A stretch of DNA of 64,000 nt from a virus: IMG/VR virus record IMGVR_UViG_3300008954_003312, positions 12,235 to 76,234 of that record. One strand, given 5' to 3'. How positions within the stretch are numbered: the first letter of the stretch is position 1; the number at the start of each line of letters is the position of its first letter. The notes under the pieces were generated by a model. The model was given only the letters and a program-made list of their open reading frames with translations. It made no database searches and was not told the DNA's origin. A program made the position numbers and the translations under genes. Shown here piece after piece: positions 1 to 10,459 of this stretch.

Positions 1-26
1 ATTTTGCTTTATGAGAGAGATGCTTG

Positions 27-1211
27 ATGAAAGATAGAAAAGAAGAAATACTAAGCTTAATTAAGATGATTCATTTTGATAATCAAGAGTCAGGAGATTT
101 ACAAAAAGACTGGAATAAGTGGAAAGAATCCAATTCTTCTATTGAGTTTCCAACCATACTGGATCACAATATCTTTATGAATAGATTGTCACAATACTTT
201 ACAAAAGAAGTAATTAGTGAATTTAATCTACTTGCAGATGAAGATTCTGATTTTTTCAAGGAATTTATAAATCTATTTGATTTAATAAAAGAAAAATCTA
301 ATATCTCTGACAGAGATGACTTTAATAAGATATTTAATGACTTAAATATAGGTAAAACACTGTCAGAGATTGAAGATGCCGGAATTTCAAAATGTGAAGG
401 TCTTTTTACTGACGATGAGCTTTCTACTCTTTGTAATTTTCAAGATCAGGTTTTTGAAGGACTAAAGGGTGAAATTGAACATTCTGGATATATCTCAATG
501 AATCAAATTTCTGAAAATAAATTTCAAATCAGACATGACAAGACACTAAAAAATCATGGATTATCCCGTCTTCAGTCAAAGTCTATGGGATTTTTTCATC
601 CAGGCTCTGATGTTTTAATTAAAAATGATTATCTTAGAGCAGTTTTTAAATCATATTATAGAAATTTAGATACAGAGTTTCATAGAGCGACGCTAGAGTG
701 GCTTAATCCTTCTCCGTATAATCACAATGGATGGCATTATGACTTACTACGGAATCAATTAAAAGTTCAAATATTGCTTGATGATGTAACAATAGATAAC
801 GGTCCAATGTTCTATGCGATAGGTTCTCATAGAATTTCAAACTCTCTTGAGAGAGATATTAAACATAGCATGTTTAAGAATGGAATAAGCAAGAAGTTTT
901 GTTTATTTGGAAAAATGTGGAAAAATCATGAAGCAACTGTAAATGAATGTCATTCAGGATACCTTTCAGATGATATAGTTGATAACGTTCCTGAGACTAT
1001 GACATCTGATCCAATTCAAATTTCTGATTTTACATATGATAAATTTATATGCACAGGAAAAAAGGGAGATTGTGTATTTTTTGAATCTTCAGGGCTTCAT
1101 TCAGGAAATATAGCAAGATCTGGAATGAGGAAAGATATAGTTTTAACATGTCCTGACAGGCTTCCTTTTAAAAATAAGTTTTTAGAATTTATCAATAAAA
1201 AAGATTGTTAA
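27..1211 (+). CDS. 2OG-Fe(II) dioxygenase, PhyH-like C-terminal domain
   Basis: WHYD (HxD), NGP...GSH and GDCVFF...LHSG motifs; the ATG at 27 overlaps the TGA of a truncated upstream gene (TGATG). Confidence 0.7.
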   Translation: MKDRKEEILSLIKMIHFDNQESGDLQKDWNKWKESNSSIEFPTILDHNIFMNRLSQYFTKEVISEFNLLADEDSDFFKEFINLFDLIKEKSNISDRDDFNKIFNDLNIGKTLSEIEDAGISKCEGLFTDDELSTLCNFQDQVFEGLKGEIEHSGYISMNQISENKFQIRHDKTLKNHGLSRLQSKSMGFFHPGSDVLIKNDYLRAVFKSYYRNLDTEFHRATLEWLNPSPYNHNGWHYDLLRNQLKVQILLDDVTIDNGPMFYAIGSHRISNSLERDIKHSMFKNGISKKFCLFGKMWKNHEATVNECHSGYLSDDIVDNVPETMTSDPIQISDFTYDKFICTGKKGDCVFFESSGLHSGNIARSGMRKDIVLTCPDRLPFKNKFLEFINKKDC

Positions 1212-1212
1212 A

Positions 1213-1851
1213 ATGGGAAAATCAGATCCCTATGTGTATAGAGCATATCTAGATACACTTGATGATCAAAAAGAATATGAATCTATAGGATTCTATGGAT
1301 TTTCTAAAAGTAACCAGTTCACAGACTGGTTTGTTTCAGATGATAAGAATTTTTATGATTTATCTCTTGGAAACTGGAATATAAACGAATATCCATATGA
1401 TAATAGTAAGAAATTCGATCTTATAGTCTGTACTAGGTGCGCATATTTTTCTAAGAATCCTGAAAAAATGATGTCAAACTTTCACAATCTTTTAAAAGAT
1501 AACGGTGAGATACTAATTGACTGGGGTCTTGGTGATCATTGGAGATATGATAACTATAAGATCGGCTGGAAGAAGAATGGTGAGCATGAATCTTTTTATA
1601 GTAGTGATAACTATCTTTGGTCATGCTTATGGAATGACGATCTTTCCTTTCATCCAGAGTTTAAAGTATTTGAGAAATGGGTTGAAAAACTTGGATATCC
1701 AGATGTTAAGATGGCAATAAGACAAGAGGTTCCTGTTTTGATGGATTTCAATGTGATTTCATCTTTGCTTGACAGTCCAAGGATAAGCATGCTGGCTTTA
1801 TGGGAATCAAGCCCACAGCTCTACATAATATTATTTGGAAAGAAGAAATGA
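1213..1851 (+). CDS. Class I SAM-dependent methyltransferase-like protein
   Basis: KFDLIVC and LLKDNGEILI motifs; motif I is degenerate. Confidence 0.5.
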   Translation: MGKSDPYVYRAYLDTLDDQKEYESIGFYGFSKSNQFTDWFVSDDKNFYDLSLGNWNINEYPYDNSKKFDLIVCTRCAYFSKNPEKMMSNFHNLLKDNGEILIDWGLGDHWRYDNYKIGWKKNGEHESFYSSDNYLWSCLWNDDLSFHPEFKVFEKWVEKLGYPDVKMAIRQEVPVLMDFNVISSLLDSPRISMLALWESSPQLYIILFGKKK

Positions 1852-2900
1852 ACATAGCTTTTATTTGTGAGGGAATGACAGATTTAAGGTATTTTTTACC
1901 CTTATATTCTGGACTAAACAGGCATAAGAGCGGAATAAATTTTTATCTTTATTATACTTCAAGTGGAAAATATAACTCTGTAGACTTAAATTTTAAAAGA
2001 TTTCTATCGATACTTGAATCAGCTGATTTTTCAGATATTAAGATTTCTCATGCAGAAAATATAGATTCATCAATGTTTTTTGATATCTTATTTACCATTG
2101 AAAATATTTCTGATTTTAATATAAAGCCCGGTAAGCAAAATAAAAAATCTATTAAAAGTTCATTCAACTATGAAAAAAGATTTTGTATTCAGCATGGATT
2201 AGATTATTTTAATTTTGCATCAGAGTCTAGTGACTATATTGTTACTGATAAGTGCTATCAAGATGATCTCAAGAATAGATTTAATTCTAGCTCTATAGTG
2301 TCTAAAGTCCCAGTTTCATTTTGGAATATAGATGATCAAATAAATCTAATTCCTAAAATATTTAAAGACTATATGGATAAAAAATCAGCTTTTATATTTT
2401 ATCCTGAAAACGGGTATCATAAAGAGGTTCTGGGTATTGTTAATTTTTTAATTAACAAAGACTATAACATTGTAATAAAGCAAAGAAGAAAAAATCAAGG
2501 GATTCCAAGGCCTTATTATGATCATTCTAATATTTCTGTTTTCTTTGATGATATGTGGTATCCTAGTGAAGCTGTGGTTCTTCCAGCAATTTCTACATTT
2601 GCGATGGGATTTGGAACTTCAGCCTATTTTGATCTTATTCCTGTCGGAATACCCTATATCGACTTTGCTCTTCCTGAATATTCAAAGAATATTCAAAAAT
2701 ACAATGGTGATGAATCAATTCCAATAAATAGAAGAGGATATGTTAAGCCTAGTTCTAAGATATTTTCTTATATAGAAGAATATACAGAAGATTGTTTTTC
2801 TGAAATTGAGAGAATTGAGAAAGATTCTCCTGATAGGAGTTTTAAAGATTTTAATCAATATGTTGATAAATTCTTAAAAAATTTATTAAAATCTTATTGA
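1848..2900 (+). CDS. Hypothetical protein, possible GT-B fold sugar/nonulosonate transferase
   Basis: The likely start is ATG 1848 (ATGA overlap); IQHG, a basic IVIKQR strand and GTSAYFDLIPVGIP resemble sialyltransferase/CDP-glycerol transferase families; cluster context fits. Confidence 0.35.
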   Translation: MNIAFICEGMTDLRYFLPLYSGLNRHKSGINFYLYYTSSGKYNSVDLNFKRFLSILESADFSDIKISHAENIDSSMFFDILFTIENISDFNIKPGKQNKKSIKSSFNYEKRFCIQHGLDYFNFASESSDYIVTDKCYQDDLKNRFNSSSIVSKVPVSFWNIDDQINLIPKIFKDYMDKKSAFIFYPENGYHKEVLGIVNFLINKDYNIVIKQRRKNQGIPRPYYDHSNISVFFDDMWYPSEAVVLPAISTFAMGFGTSAYFDLIPVGIPYIDFALPEYSKNIQKYNGDESIPINRRGYVKPSSKIFSYIEEYTEDCFSEIERIEKDSPDRSFKDFNQYVDKFLKNLLKSY

Positions 2901-2918
2901 ATACTATCTGAGGAACTA

Positions 2919-3935
2919 ATGTCAAAAAAATCAATTCTTATAACCGGAGGAACCGGGACCTTTGGAAAGGCTTTTGTAAACTTCTGTCTTGAGTCAGACA
3001 TTTATGAAAAAATTGTTATCCTTAGCAGAGATGAGTACAAACAGCACAACTTAAAGGGGTATCTTCATAATAAAATAGGTGTCAATCAGACTAATAAGAA
3101 ATTTAGATTCTTTCTAGGCGACATTAGAGATAGAGAAAGACTTGCAGTTGCATTTAAAGGTGTTGACTATGTGATTCACGCCGCCGCTCTAAAGCATGTA
3201 CCTTTTTGTGAATATAATCCAGGTGAAGCAATAAAGACCAATGTCAATGGAACAAAAAATGTTTGTGATATTGCAATACAGGAAGAGATTGAAAAGGTTG
3301 TAGTTCTTTCAACAGATAAGGCAGTTGAACCTATTAACTTCTACGGTTCAACAAAAATGCTTGCAGAAAAATATTCTATCTTTAGTAACTCTTATAGCAA
3401 GACTGATGGAGATTCAAATAAAAAGACTAAGATTTCTTGTGTTAGATACGGTAACGTTATAGGATCAAGAGGTAGCATAGTAGAGGTCTTTAATAGCATG
3501 ATTTCACAATCTCACTTTAAGATTACAGATGACAAGATGACAAGATTTTGGATGGATATTAAGGATTGTGTTGAAATGGTCCAGTGGTCAATTGACAACA
3601 TGGTAGGCGGAGAGATTGTTGTTCCTAAGATCAAGGCTTCAAGGGTGGTAGATATAGCAAAGTGTGTTGACCCTAGAAAGCCTATTGAGATTATTGGAAT
3701 TAGACCTGGAGAAAAGATTCACGAACAGCTTTTAAATAGAAGGGAAAGTGAGAGAGCATTCGGTGTAGGAAGATACTTTATAATCACACCTGAAAGCTCA
3801 GAGTGGATGAATATAAATGACTACTATTCCACTCATTTTAAACCAATAGATCGAGAGAGGTATTTTTCAGATGATGAAGATATTCAAATGGAAATTGCAG
3901 AAATTAAAGAAATTATTAAGTCACATTCATCCTAA
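2919..3935 (+). CDS. pseB: UDP-N-acetylglucosamine 4,6-dehydratase (inverting)
   Basis: TGGTGTFG, SRDEYKQ, HAAALKHVP, STDKA, YGSTK, RYGNVIGSRGS and GIRPGEKIHE motifs. Confidence 0.9.
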   Translation: MSKKSILITGGTGTFGKAFVNFCLESDIYEKIVILSRDEYKQHNLKGYLHNKIGVNQTNKKFRFFLGDIRDRERLAVAFKGVDYVIHAAALKHVPFCEYNPGEAIKTNVNGTKNVCDIAIQEEIEKVVVLSTDKAVEPINFYGSTKMLAEKYSIFSNSYSKTDGDSNKKTKISCVRYGNVIGSRGSIVEVFNSMISQSHFKITDDKMTRFWMDIKDCVEMVQWSIDNMVGGEIVVPKIKASRVVDIAKCVDPRKPIEIIGIRPGEKIHEQLLNRRESERAFGVGRYFIITPESSEWMNINDYYSTHFKPIDRERYFSDDEDIQMEIAEIKEIIKSHSS

Positions 3936-4989
3936 AAAAGATAGCCATGAAGAGAGATCTTCTGATGTTTTTCACTGTTTTGAAGATATAAAGAATGATA
4001 ACTGGAGAAAGTGGGAATCTCAGCACTCTAAAGAGTATAAGAACTATAGAAAAGAGTGGGTTAAGTATCCAAAAGAGCTTAAAGTTGCTGACAGCCCTCT
4101 CCACCTAGATATTGAAGTTTCAAGTCATTGCAATCTAAAGTGCCCATTTTGCTCAAGAACACAGAGAATAGAAAAAGGGACATGGAGAAAGCCTGGAAAT
4201 ATTGATTTTGAACTTTATAAAAAAATCGTAGATGATATGTCAAAAAATGGGGTCTATGCTTTAAATTTAAATGTTATAGGTGAACCCCTTCTTCATAAGA
4301 ATCTTGGAGAGATGGTTGCGTATGCTAAGTTAAAAGGAATCATTGATATATTCTTTCACACAAACGGTGTCCTATTAAATGAGAAAAGATCAAGAGACCT
4401 AATCTCTTCAGGTCTTGATAAGCTTATTATATCATTTGACTCTCCTTATAAGGAAAAATATGAAAAAGTTAGAACGGGCGCTAAGTATGAACAGGTCCTT
4501 GAAAACGTAAAGAGGTTTAAAGATATCCGAGAGGAGATGGGTTCTATTACGCCTGTCACAAGAATAAACTTTATAAAGCTTCCGGGTGTAACAGAGAAAG
4601 AGATAAGGGATATGGTAGATCTTTTTTCTCCCATAGTTGACTCAATAGGTCTTCTTGATTACATTGAGTCTGACAATAGCATCAGACAGACTGGAAGATT
4701 TAAAAAAGGGTATAAGTCTAATTTTGTCTGCTCTCAGCTCCTTACTAGGCTGACAGTTTATGATGATGGAAGAGTTTTTCCGTGCTGCAGTGATTATGAT
4801 GATGAGCTACCTCTAGGTGATATAAACAATCAGACATTACAAGAAATATGGAATTCTGATGAGCTTAATCATATTAGAAAAAAGCATTTTGAAGGTAAGT
4901 TTTATGAGCTTTCAGCTTGCGCTAAGTGTGATTATGCACTACAGGCAGATGGTGAGTTTAAAGATAGAAAGACTGCTGATGAGTATTGA
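3871..4989 (+). CDS. Radical SAM protein with SPASM/twitch domain
   Basis: CNLKCPFC, GEPLLH, TNG, and C-terminal C...GRVFPCC...CAKC. Confidence 0.9.
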   Translation: MMKIFKWKLQKLKKLLSHIHPKKDSHEERSSDVFHCFEDIKNDNWRKWESQHSKEYKNYRKEWVKYPKELKVADSPLHLDIEVSSHCNLKCPFCSRTQRIEKGTWRKPGNIDFELYKKIVDDMSKNGVYALNLNVIGEPLLHKNLGEMVAYAKLKGIIDIFFHTNGVLLNEKRSRDLISSGLDKLIISFDSPYKEKYEKVRTGAKYEQVLENVKRFKDIREEMGSITPVTRINFIKLPGVTEKEIRDMVDLFSPIVDSIGLLDYIESDNSIRQTGRFKKGYKSNFVCSQLLTRLTVYDDGRVFPCCSDYDDELPLGDINNQTLQEIWNSDELNHIRKKHFEGKFYELSACAKCDYALQADGEFKDRKTADEY

Positions 4990-4995
4990 TTTAAA

Positions 4996-6006
4996 ATGTC
5001 TCTAGACTATCTTAATTTAGAGATACCAGAAAATTTTAATGAGTATTGTCTTATTTTTAAAAATAATCATAGTAAGATTTATGCTAATTTAATGCCTAAG
5101 TGCGGTACAATGTATGTTAGACAGGCAATGTATAATTCAGGAATCTGGAAAACAAATCACCTTCAACCGGGAACAGATTCATTTTTAGTAAGGAAAAATA
5201 ATCATCCAGGTGTCTCAATCTTATTATCTCAGGAGCAAGAAGACTTTGCCAACAAGTCAGAGATGAGAGTTGATCAGATTAAGGGGCTAATAGATAAAGG
5301 ACATCTTTGCCCGACTGAAGGTCCGATTCTAAGGGGAGATCACTATATATGCTCTGACTTAAACGGACCTTCTTCAGTTATATCTGATAGTGGTGTTGCA
5401 AGAGCCTGGAATAGAGATCAAACTAAAATATTTAAAAAAAGACTATTTTGGTTTTCTGTTTTAAGAAATCCATTTAATTTACTTGTAACTTACTTTACCT
5501 TTGGATGGCCGTGGAATAGAAATAGTAATCAAAAAATATTTAGTAGTTTTGATTATTTTATTGAATCATATTGTGATCTAGATTATAAATGGCCTGTTGC
5601 AAATAATAAGAATTTTTTATTTTTTCCAATATTTGACAACAAGGACACCTGCAGGTGTCCAATTTTATTTAGACTAGAGTTTATAGATTTTTGTCTGGAG
5701 GCTCTTTCTTTACAGTTTGGTTATAAATTTATAAAACCAGAATTGACTAAATCTTCTAGACCGCCTGGGTCTAGTATAGACAAGTGGAAGTCGTACTATA
5801 GTGAAAAGCTTTTTGATCTTGTTTCTAAAAAATGCAAAAGAGAACTATTGGCATTTGGATATGATTTTGACGGAATCAAAAAAAATGATAAGAGAAAGAT
5901 TATTGACTCTTCAAATATAAAATACAGTATTAAAGAAGATAAATTATCTATATTGCCCTATAGAAGGGAATTAATCTTTAAATCACTGGAGGGATTTCAT
6001 GAGTAA
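4996..6006 (+). CDS. Sulfotransferase family 2-like protein
   Basis: MPKCGT (5'-PSB-like), VLRNPFNLLVTYF (3'-PB-like), RLE and WKSYY...FGYDF tail. Confidence 0.6.
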   Translation: MSLDYLNLEIPENFNEYCLIFKNNHSKIYANLMPKCGTMYVRQAMYNSGIWKTNHLQPGTDSFLVRKNNHPGVSILLSQEQEDFANKSEMRVDQIKGLIDKGHLCPTEGPILRGDHYICSDLNGPSSVISDSGVARAWNRDQTKIFKKRLFWFSVLRNPFNLLVTYFTFGWPWNRNSNQKIFSSFDYFIESYCDLDYKWPVANNKNFLFFPIFDNKDTCRCPILFRLEFIDFCLEALSLQFGYKFIKPELTKSSRPPGSSIDKWKSYYSEKLFDLVSKKCKRELLAFGYDFDGIKKNDKRKIIDSSNIKYSIKEDKLSILPYRRELIFKSLEGFHE

Positions 6007-6703
6007 GATTTTTTGTGTTATACAGGCTCGATTGACTTCGAAAAGATTTCCAAATAAAATATTTCAAAAAATAGGAAAAAGATTAGCCATAGAGCATGTT
6101 CTTAGTTCTTGTAAAGATTCTATTTCAGAAAAGGTTCTACTTGTAGTTCCAAAAGATCAAAAAGAAATATTTGAAAACCAGCTAAGTTCAATCTATAATA
6201 GTAAAAAGATTTCTATACACGGGGGATCTGAAGACAATGTTTTAGACAGGTATCAGACAAGCCTAGAAGAAGAAGGCTGTCAAGAAGAAGATATAGTTGT
6301 TAGAATAACATCAGATTGCTTTTTAATAAGCCCTATCTTTATTGATAGATCAGTAAGCTATTTTAAAGAAAAGACTTTCGACTATATTAACAATAGCACG
6401 GTTACAAGAGTTTTATCTGCAGACAATCCCGATGATTATCAGACTGATACAGACACGCCGGATGGATTTAATGTAGAAGTTTTTAACTTTAGATCTCTAA
6501 TCGAAGCTCACAATAATGCTACCAGCCAATACGATATTGAGCATGTCACACCCTGGATTAAGAGAAATAAGAAGTGTAGTGTCTTTAATACTGGAAAGAT
6601 ATCATTAACTGGGAAGTTTTCTGTTGATACTCCAGAAGATCTTGAAATAGTCAGGGCTCTCCACACTCTCATAGAGAACAATAGAATATCTTTTGAGGTA
6701 TAG
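5999..6703 (+). CDS. Cytidylyltransferase, SpsF/acylneuraminate CMP-transferase family
   Basis: IQARLTSKRFPNK, GSEDNVLDRY, VRITSDC, EHVTPWI and SVDTPED motifs. Confidence 0.85.
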   Translation: MSKIFCVIQARLTSKRFPNKIFQKIGKRLAIEHVLSSCKDSISEKVLLVVPKDQKEIFENQLSSIYNSKKISIHGGSEDNVLDRYQTSLEEEGCQEEDIVVRITSDCFLISPIFIDRSVSYFKEKTFDYINNSTVTRVLSADNPDDYQTDTDTPDGFNVEVFNFRSLIEAHNNATSQYDIEHVTPWIKRNKKCSVFNTGKISLTGKFSVDTPEDLEIVRALHTLIENNRISFEV

Positions 6704-6704
6704 C

Positions 6705-7514
6705 GTGAGATTTTGCATTGTTGGATACGGAAGCATAGGAAGGCGACATCACTCAGTACTTTCTTCTATTTTTTCTAATTCCTCTTTTGATATAGTTGAT
6801 TTAAACACAGAGCTAAAAATAGAAGATTGTATCCATAGTGAGTATGATGTTTTAATAATTACAACTCCCACTTCTTCTCACCTGGATGTTCTTTCTAGAT
6901 TTTCTAAAATCAATAGATTAATCTTTATTGAAAAGCCTTTAGATATTTCATCTAAAAAAATTAAAAAATTTATGGGAGATGTTGATCACAGAAAAGTTCA
7001 TGTTGGATGTAACCTTAGATTTACTAATGCTTACAGAGATCTTCAAGACATATCACATAGAGTAAAAATCGCTAATATTATATCAATGTCGTATCTGCCA
7101 GATTGGAGAAAGGGAGATCACAGAGAGCAATATAGCTCTATAGTATCGCAGGGCGGCGGTGCTCTTTTGGATTTTATTCATGAGCCTGATTATGCTTTCT
7201 CTTTATTTGGGATGCCTAGTTCTTGTCATGTGTTAGAAAATAGGCTATTTGATATAACAGTTGACTCTAATGACACTTGCTCTATGGTCTGGGAATACAA
7301 TGATAAAATTATTAATTTTTTACTTTCTTATGGAAGTAAAAAATACACTAGAAGTTGCCAGGTCGTATTAGACGACAGTGAATTGACTAGTATCAATTTT
7401 TCTTTAGAAGATATTAATAAATCCTATGAAAATCAGTGGAGGCATATTTTAAAAAACGGTCCTGTAAATACATACGAAGACTGTTTAAGATTATATCATA
7501 AAATAGGATTATAG
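6705..7514 (+). CDS. Gfo/Idh/MocA family oxidoreductase
   Basis: GYGSIGRRH, IEKP and GGGALLDFIHE motifs; probable GTG start at 6705 after GAGG. Confidence 0.85.
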   Translation: MRFCIVGYGSIGRRHHSVLSSIFSNSSFDIVDLNTELKIEDCIHSEYDVLIITTPTSSHLDVLSRFSKINRLIFIEKPLDISSKKIKKFMGDVDHRKVHVGCNLRFTNAYRDLQDISHRVKIANIISMSYLPDWRKGDHREQYSSIVSQGGGALLDFIHEPDYAFSLFGMPSSCHVLENRLFDITVDSNDTCSMVWEYNDKIINFLLSYGSKKYTRSCQVVLDDSELTSINFSLEDINKSYENQWRHILKNGPVNTYEDCLRLYHKIGL

Positions 7515-7516
7515 AT

Positions 7517-8767
7517 ATGAAACAAGAAGATCTCTGGGCTAACGCTTTATCACTTATGCCTCGCGGAACCCAGACAATGAGTAAGTGCCCAGATCAATTT
7601 GTTGACGGGGTTTATCCAAAATTTGCAGCCAGGGCTGAGGGTGCCTATATTTGGGATCATAAAGGTAATAAGTATTTAGACTTTATGTGCGGCCTCGGCC
7701 CAATTATACTAGGATATAATCACAAACCAACAAACAAGGCTGTAAGAGCTCAGCTAGAAAAGGGAATTATATTTTCTTTACCGACAGTCCTTGAGCAAGA
7801 GCTTGCTAGTCTTATGGTTGAATCAATACCTTGTGCTGAGCAGGTCAGATTTGGAAAAAATGGAACTGATGTTGATCTTGCTGCTGTTAGAATTGCTAGA
7901 TCATACACTGGAAGAGAGCATATTGCCAAGTGCGGATATCACGGCTGGGGAGATTGGCATGCAATTAGCCTTAGATCGTATGGAGTCCCTAAGTCGCTAG
8001 GAGAAATAATTCATGAATTTGAATATAATAATCTCGAAAGCTTAGAGAGAGTATTAAAAAATCATGAGTGTGCTGCAGTTATAATGGAAGCTCAGGCCCT
8101 TACACCGCCAGATCCTGGTTTTCTTCAAGGAGTTAAGGATCTTTGCGGTTCATACGGCGCTCTTCTCATCTTTGATGAGGTTGTGACGGGTTTTAGATGG
8201 GATCTCGGAGGTGCTCAGTCTCACTATGGAGTAACACCTGACTTGGCATGTTTTGGAAAGGCAATGGCAAACGGATTACCAATATCAGCCATAGCTGGAA
8301 AGAGAGAGTTTATGAAAGAACTTGATCACATCTTCTTTTCAATGACATTTGGCGGTGAGTGTCTTTCACTTGCTGCTGCTATAGCAACTATTAAAGAACT
8401 TAAGAATAAAGACTATAGCCACATTTGGAATCTAGGAAGAAGGTTTGAAGAGGGAATGAACCTACTTTCAAGACAGTATGATCTTTCTATAAGCTTTTCA
8501 GGATCTGGACCAAGACATAATCTTACATTTTCAGAAGAATATAGAGATCCATCAGGAATGAAAGATCTTTTTTATCAAGAAATGGTAAAGAGGGGCGTTT
8601 TGTTTTCTAATGTTCTTTATATAAGCTTTGCTCATACAAAGCTAGATATAGAATTTACACTAAACGCTGCTGAAGAATCTTTTAAAGTTGTTAAAGAAAA
8701 TATCGATAATATTGACGCTGTTCTTGAAGGAAAGAGATCAGTTTCTGTTTTTAGGAAAAACACGTGA
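7517..8767 (+). CDS. Class III PLP aminotransferase (glutamate-1-semialdehyde aminomutase-like)
   Basis: GAYIWD.KGNKYLDF, GYHGW, LIFDEVVTGFR and PDLACFGKAMANG motifs. Confidence 0.88.
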   Translation: MKQEDLWANALSLMPRGTQTMSKCPDQFVDGVYPKFAARAEGAYIWDHKGNKYLDFMCGLGPIILGYNHKPTNKAVRAQLEKGIIFSLPTVLEQELASLMVESIPCAEQVRFGKNGTDVDLAAVRIARSYTGREHIAKCGYHGWGDWHAISLRSYGVPKSLGEIIHEFEYNNLESLERVLKNHECAAVIMEAQALTPPDPGFLQGVKDLCGSYGALLIFDEVVTGFRWDLGGAQSHYGVTPDLACFGKAMANGLPISAIAGKREFMKELDHIFFSMTFGGECLSLAAAIATIKELKNKDYSHIWNLGRRFEEGMNLLSRQYDLSISFSGSGPRHNLTFSEEYRDPSGMKDLFYQEMVKRGVLFSNVLYISFAHTKLDIEFTLNAAEESFKVVKENIDNIDAVLEGKRSVSVFRKNT

Positions 8768-9789
8768 AATCATTTGTCATAGCTGAAGCAGGAGCTAATC
8801 ACAATAGAGATTGGAAAATTGCCAAAAGCCTTATAAGAAGTGCAGCTAGATCAGGTTCAGATGCTGTAAAATTTCAAACATACACTTCAGAGACTCTTTA
8901 CGCTAAAAATACACCTGACTTTGCAGGTTATAAAAATATTAATCAGCTAATAAAAGATATTGAGCTTCCTAGATCTTGGCAAAAAGACTTAAAGTTATTT
9001 TGTGATGATTGCGGAATAGAGTTTATGTCTACTCCCTTTGATGAAAAGGCTGTCGATGAGCTTTATGACATCGGAGTTAAGCGATTTAAGATTTCCGGAT
9101 TCGAAGCTACAGATCCAAGAATTGTTCAGCATGTTGCTAGAACTGGACTACCTATGATAATAACAACCGGAATTAAGTGTGATATTTCTATGATGAAAAG
9201 TATTTTAGAATGGATCCAGGATGTTAATTCAGAACCAGACGTAACATTCCTGCATGGCAATCATGCCTATCCAACACCGATTTCACAGATATGTCTAGGA
9301 CAGATAGGAGTTCTTAAAGATGCTTCTTTTTCTATTCCTGTTAAGATTGGAATTTCTGATCACACTAGGGGAATATTAATTCCACCTGTTGCTGTTTCTC
9401 TCGGCGCAGAAGTTGTTGAGAAACATTTTACTCTAGATAGAAATATGGAAGGCCCAGATCATCCATTCGCTATAGAGCCCTTTGAGCTGTCTCTAATGGT
9501 TCAGAATATTAGATCAGTGGAAAAATCCATGGGTATTAGAGAAAATAAAGTTTCTGAGAGTGAATCTAGCTTTATTCATGCAACAAGATCAGTAGTAGCA
9601 AAAAGTCCACTAAAGAAAGGTGATCTGCTTTCAAGAGAAAATATAACAACAATGAGACCGTGGTTTGAAGACTCTATTCCAGCTTCAAGCTATCTAAAGA
9701 TAATAAATGGAAATATTTTTATTCAGAAAGACATAGATGCTGGGACTATTTTAAAACTGTCTGATATTTGTGAGAATAGAAATGGATAA
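8764..9789 (+). CDS. Nonulosonic acid synthase (NeuB/PseI family) with C-terminal SAF domain
   Basis: IAEAGANH, AVKFQT, STPFD, SDHT, EKHFTLDR and GPDH motifs. Confidence 0.92.
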   Translation: MKSFVIAEAGANHNRDWKIAKSLIRSAARSGSDAVKFQTYTSETLYAKNTPDFAGYKNINQLIKDIELPRSWQKDLKLFCDDCGIEFMSTPFDEKAVDELYDIGVKRFKISGFEATDPRIVQHVARTGLPMIITTGIKCDISMMKSILEWIQDVNSEPDVTFLHGNHAYPTPISQICLGQIGVLKDASFSIPVKIGISDHTRGILIPPVAVSLGAEVVEKHFTLDRNMEGPDHPFAIEPFELSLMVQNIRSVEKSMGIRENKVSESESSFIHATRSVVAKSPLKKGDLLSRENITTMRPWFEDSIPASSYLKIINGNIFIQKDIDAGTILKLSDICENRNG

Positions 9790-10459
9790 ATGTGTATTTG
9801 CTTCTAAGGACAATGAATGGTCTAATGCTCTTTATGATCGTCTAATATCAAAAAATAAAGATATTTCTTGGATGAGAATCTCTAAAGAAGCAGATTTAAA
9901 TGCTATTCATAGTTTTGATCCTGACTGGGTTTTCTTTTTTCACTGGTCCCAAATAGTTGACAAGGATATTTGGGATAAACATCGATGTGTAGTTTTACAT
10001 ACATCAAACTTACCACATGGAAAAGGAGGAAGCCCAATACAGAACCAAATTTTAGATAATGTCATTCAAACTAAGGTCAATGCTATTGAAATGACTGATA
10101 AAGTAGATTCTGGAAAGATTTATTGTAATAGGCTGATTACTCTTCAAGGAACTTTAAGGGATATATGGATGACTATAGCGATTCAGTCATATGGATTGAT
10201 TATAAAATGCATAAAAGAAAATCCCAGACCTGAAGAACAAAAAAAAGAATCTGTCATAAAAACTTACAAGAGAAGAAGAAGTAGCAATATTGATCTTAAC
10301 TGTACTTTAAATCAAGCTTATAATCAAATTAGAATGCTTGACGGTGAGGGATATCCAAGATCAAATATAAAGATGGGAAATTTTATTATAGAGTTTTCTA
10401 GAGCTGGATTTGATAATAGTGGTAATCTAATTTGTGATGCAAGATTTAAAAAAGTATAA
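9770..10459 (+). CDS. Sugar N-formyltransferase (Fmt-like)
   Basis: HTSNLPHGKGGSP and VDSGKI formyl-THF motifs; the start may be ATG 9782. Confidence 0.8.
   Translation: MRIEMDKCVFASKDNEWSNALYDRLISKNKDISWMRISKEADLNAIHSFDPDWVFFFHWSQIVDKDIWDKHRCVVLHTSNLPHGKGGSPIQNQILDNVIQTKVNAIEMTDKVDSGKIYCNRLITLQGTLRDIWMTIAIQSYGLIIKCIKENPRPEEQKKESVIKTYKRRRSSNIDLNCTLNQAYNQIRMLDGEGYPRSNIKMGNFIIEFSRAGFDNSGNLICDARFKKV

Noticed and set aside
7517-8767. hemL as a tetrapyrrole auxiliary metabolic gene
   Set aside because: It is embedded between the CMP-transferase/oxidoreductase and the NeuB-like gene, with no other haem genes; sugar amination is more likely.
9770-10459. Methionyl-tRNA formyltransferase (fmt)
   Set aside because: It is short and lies in a sugar cluster beside a deacetylase, which fits a sugar formyltransferase.
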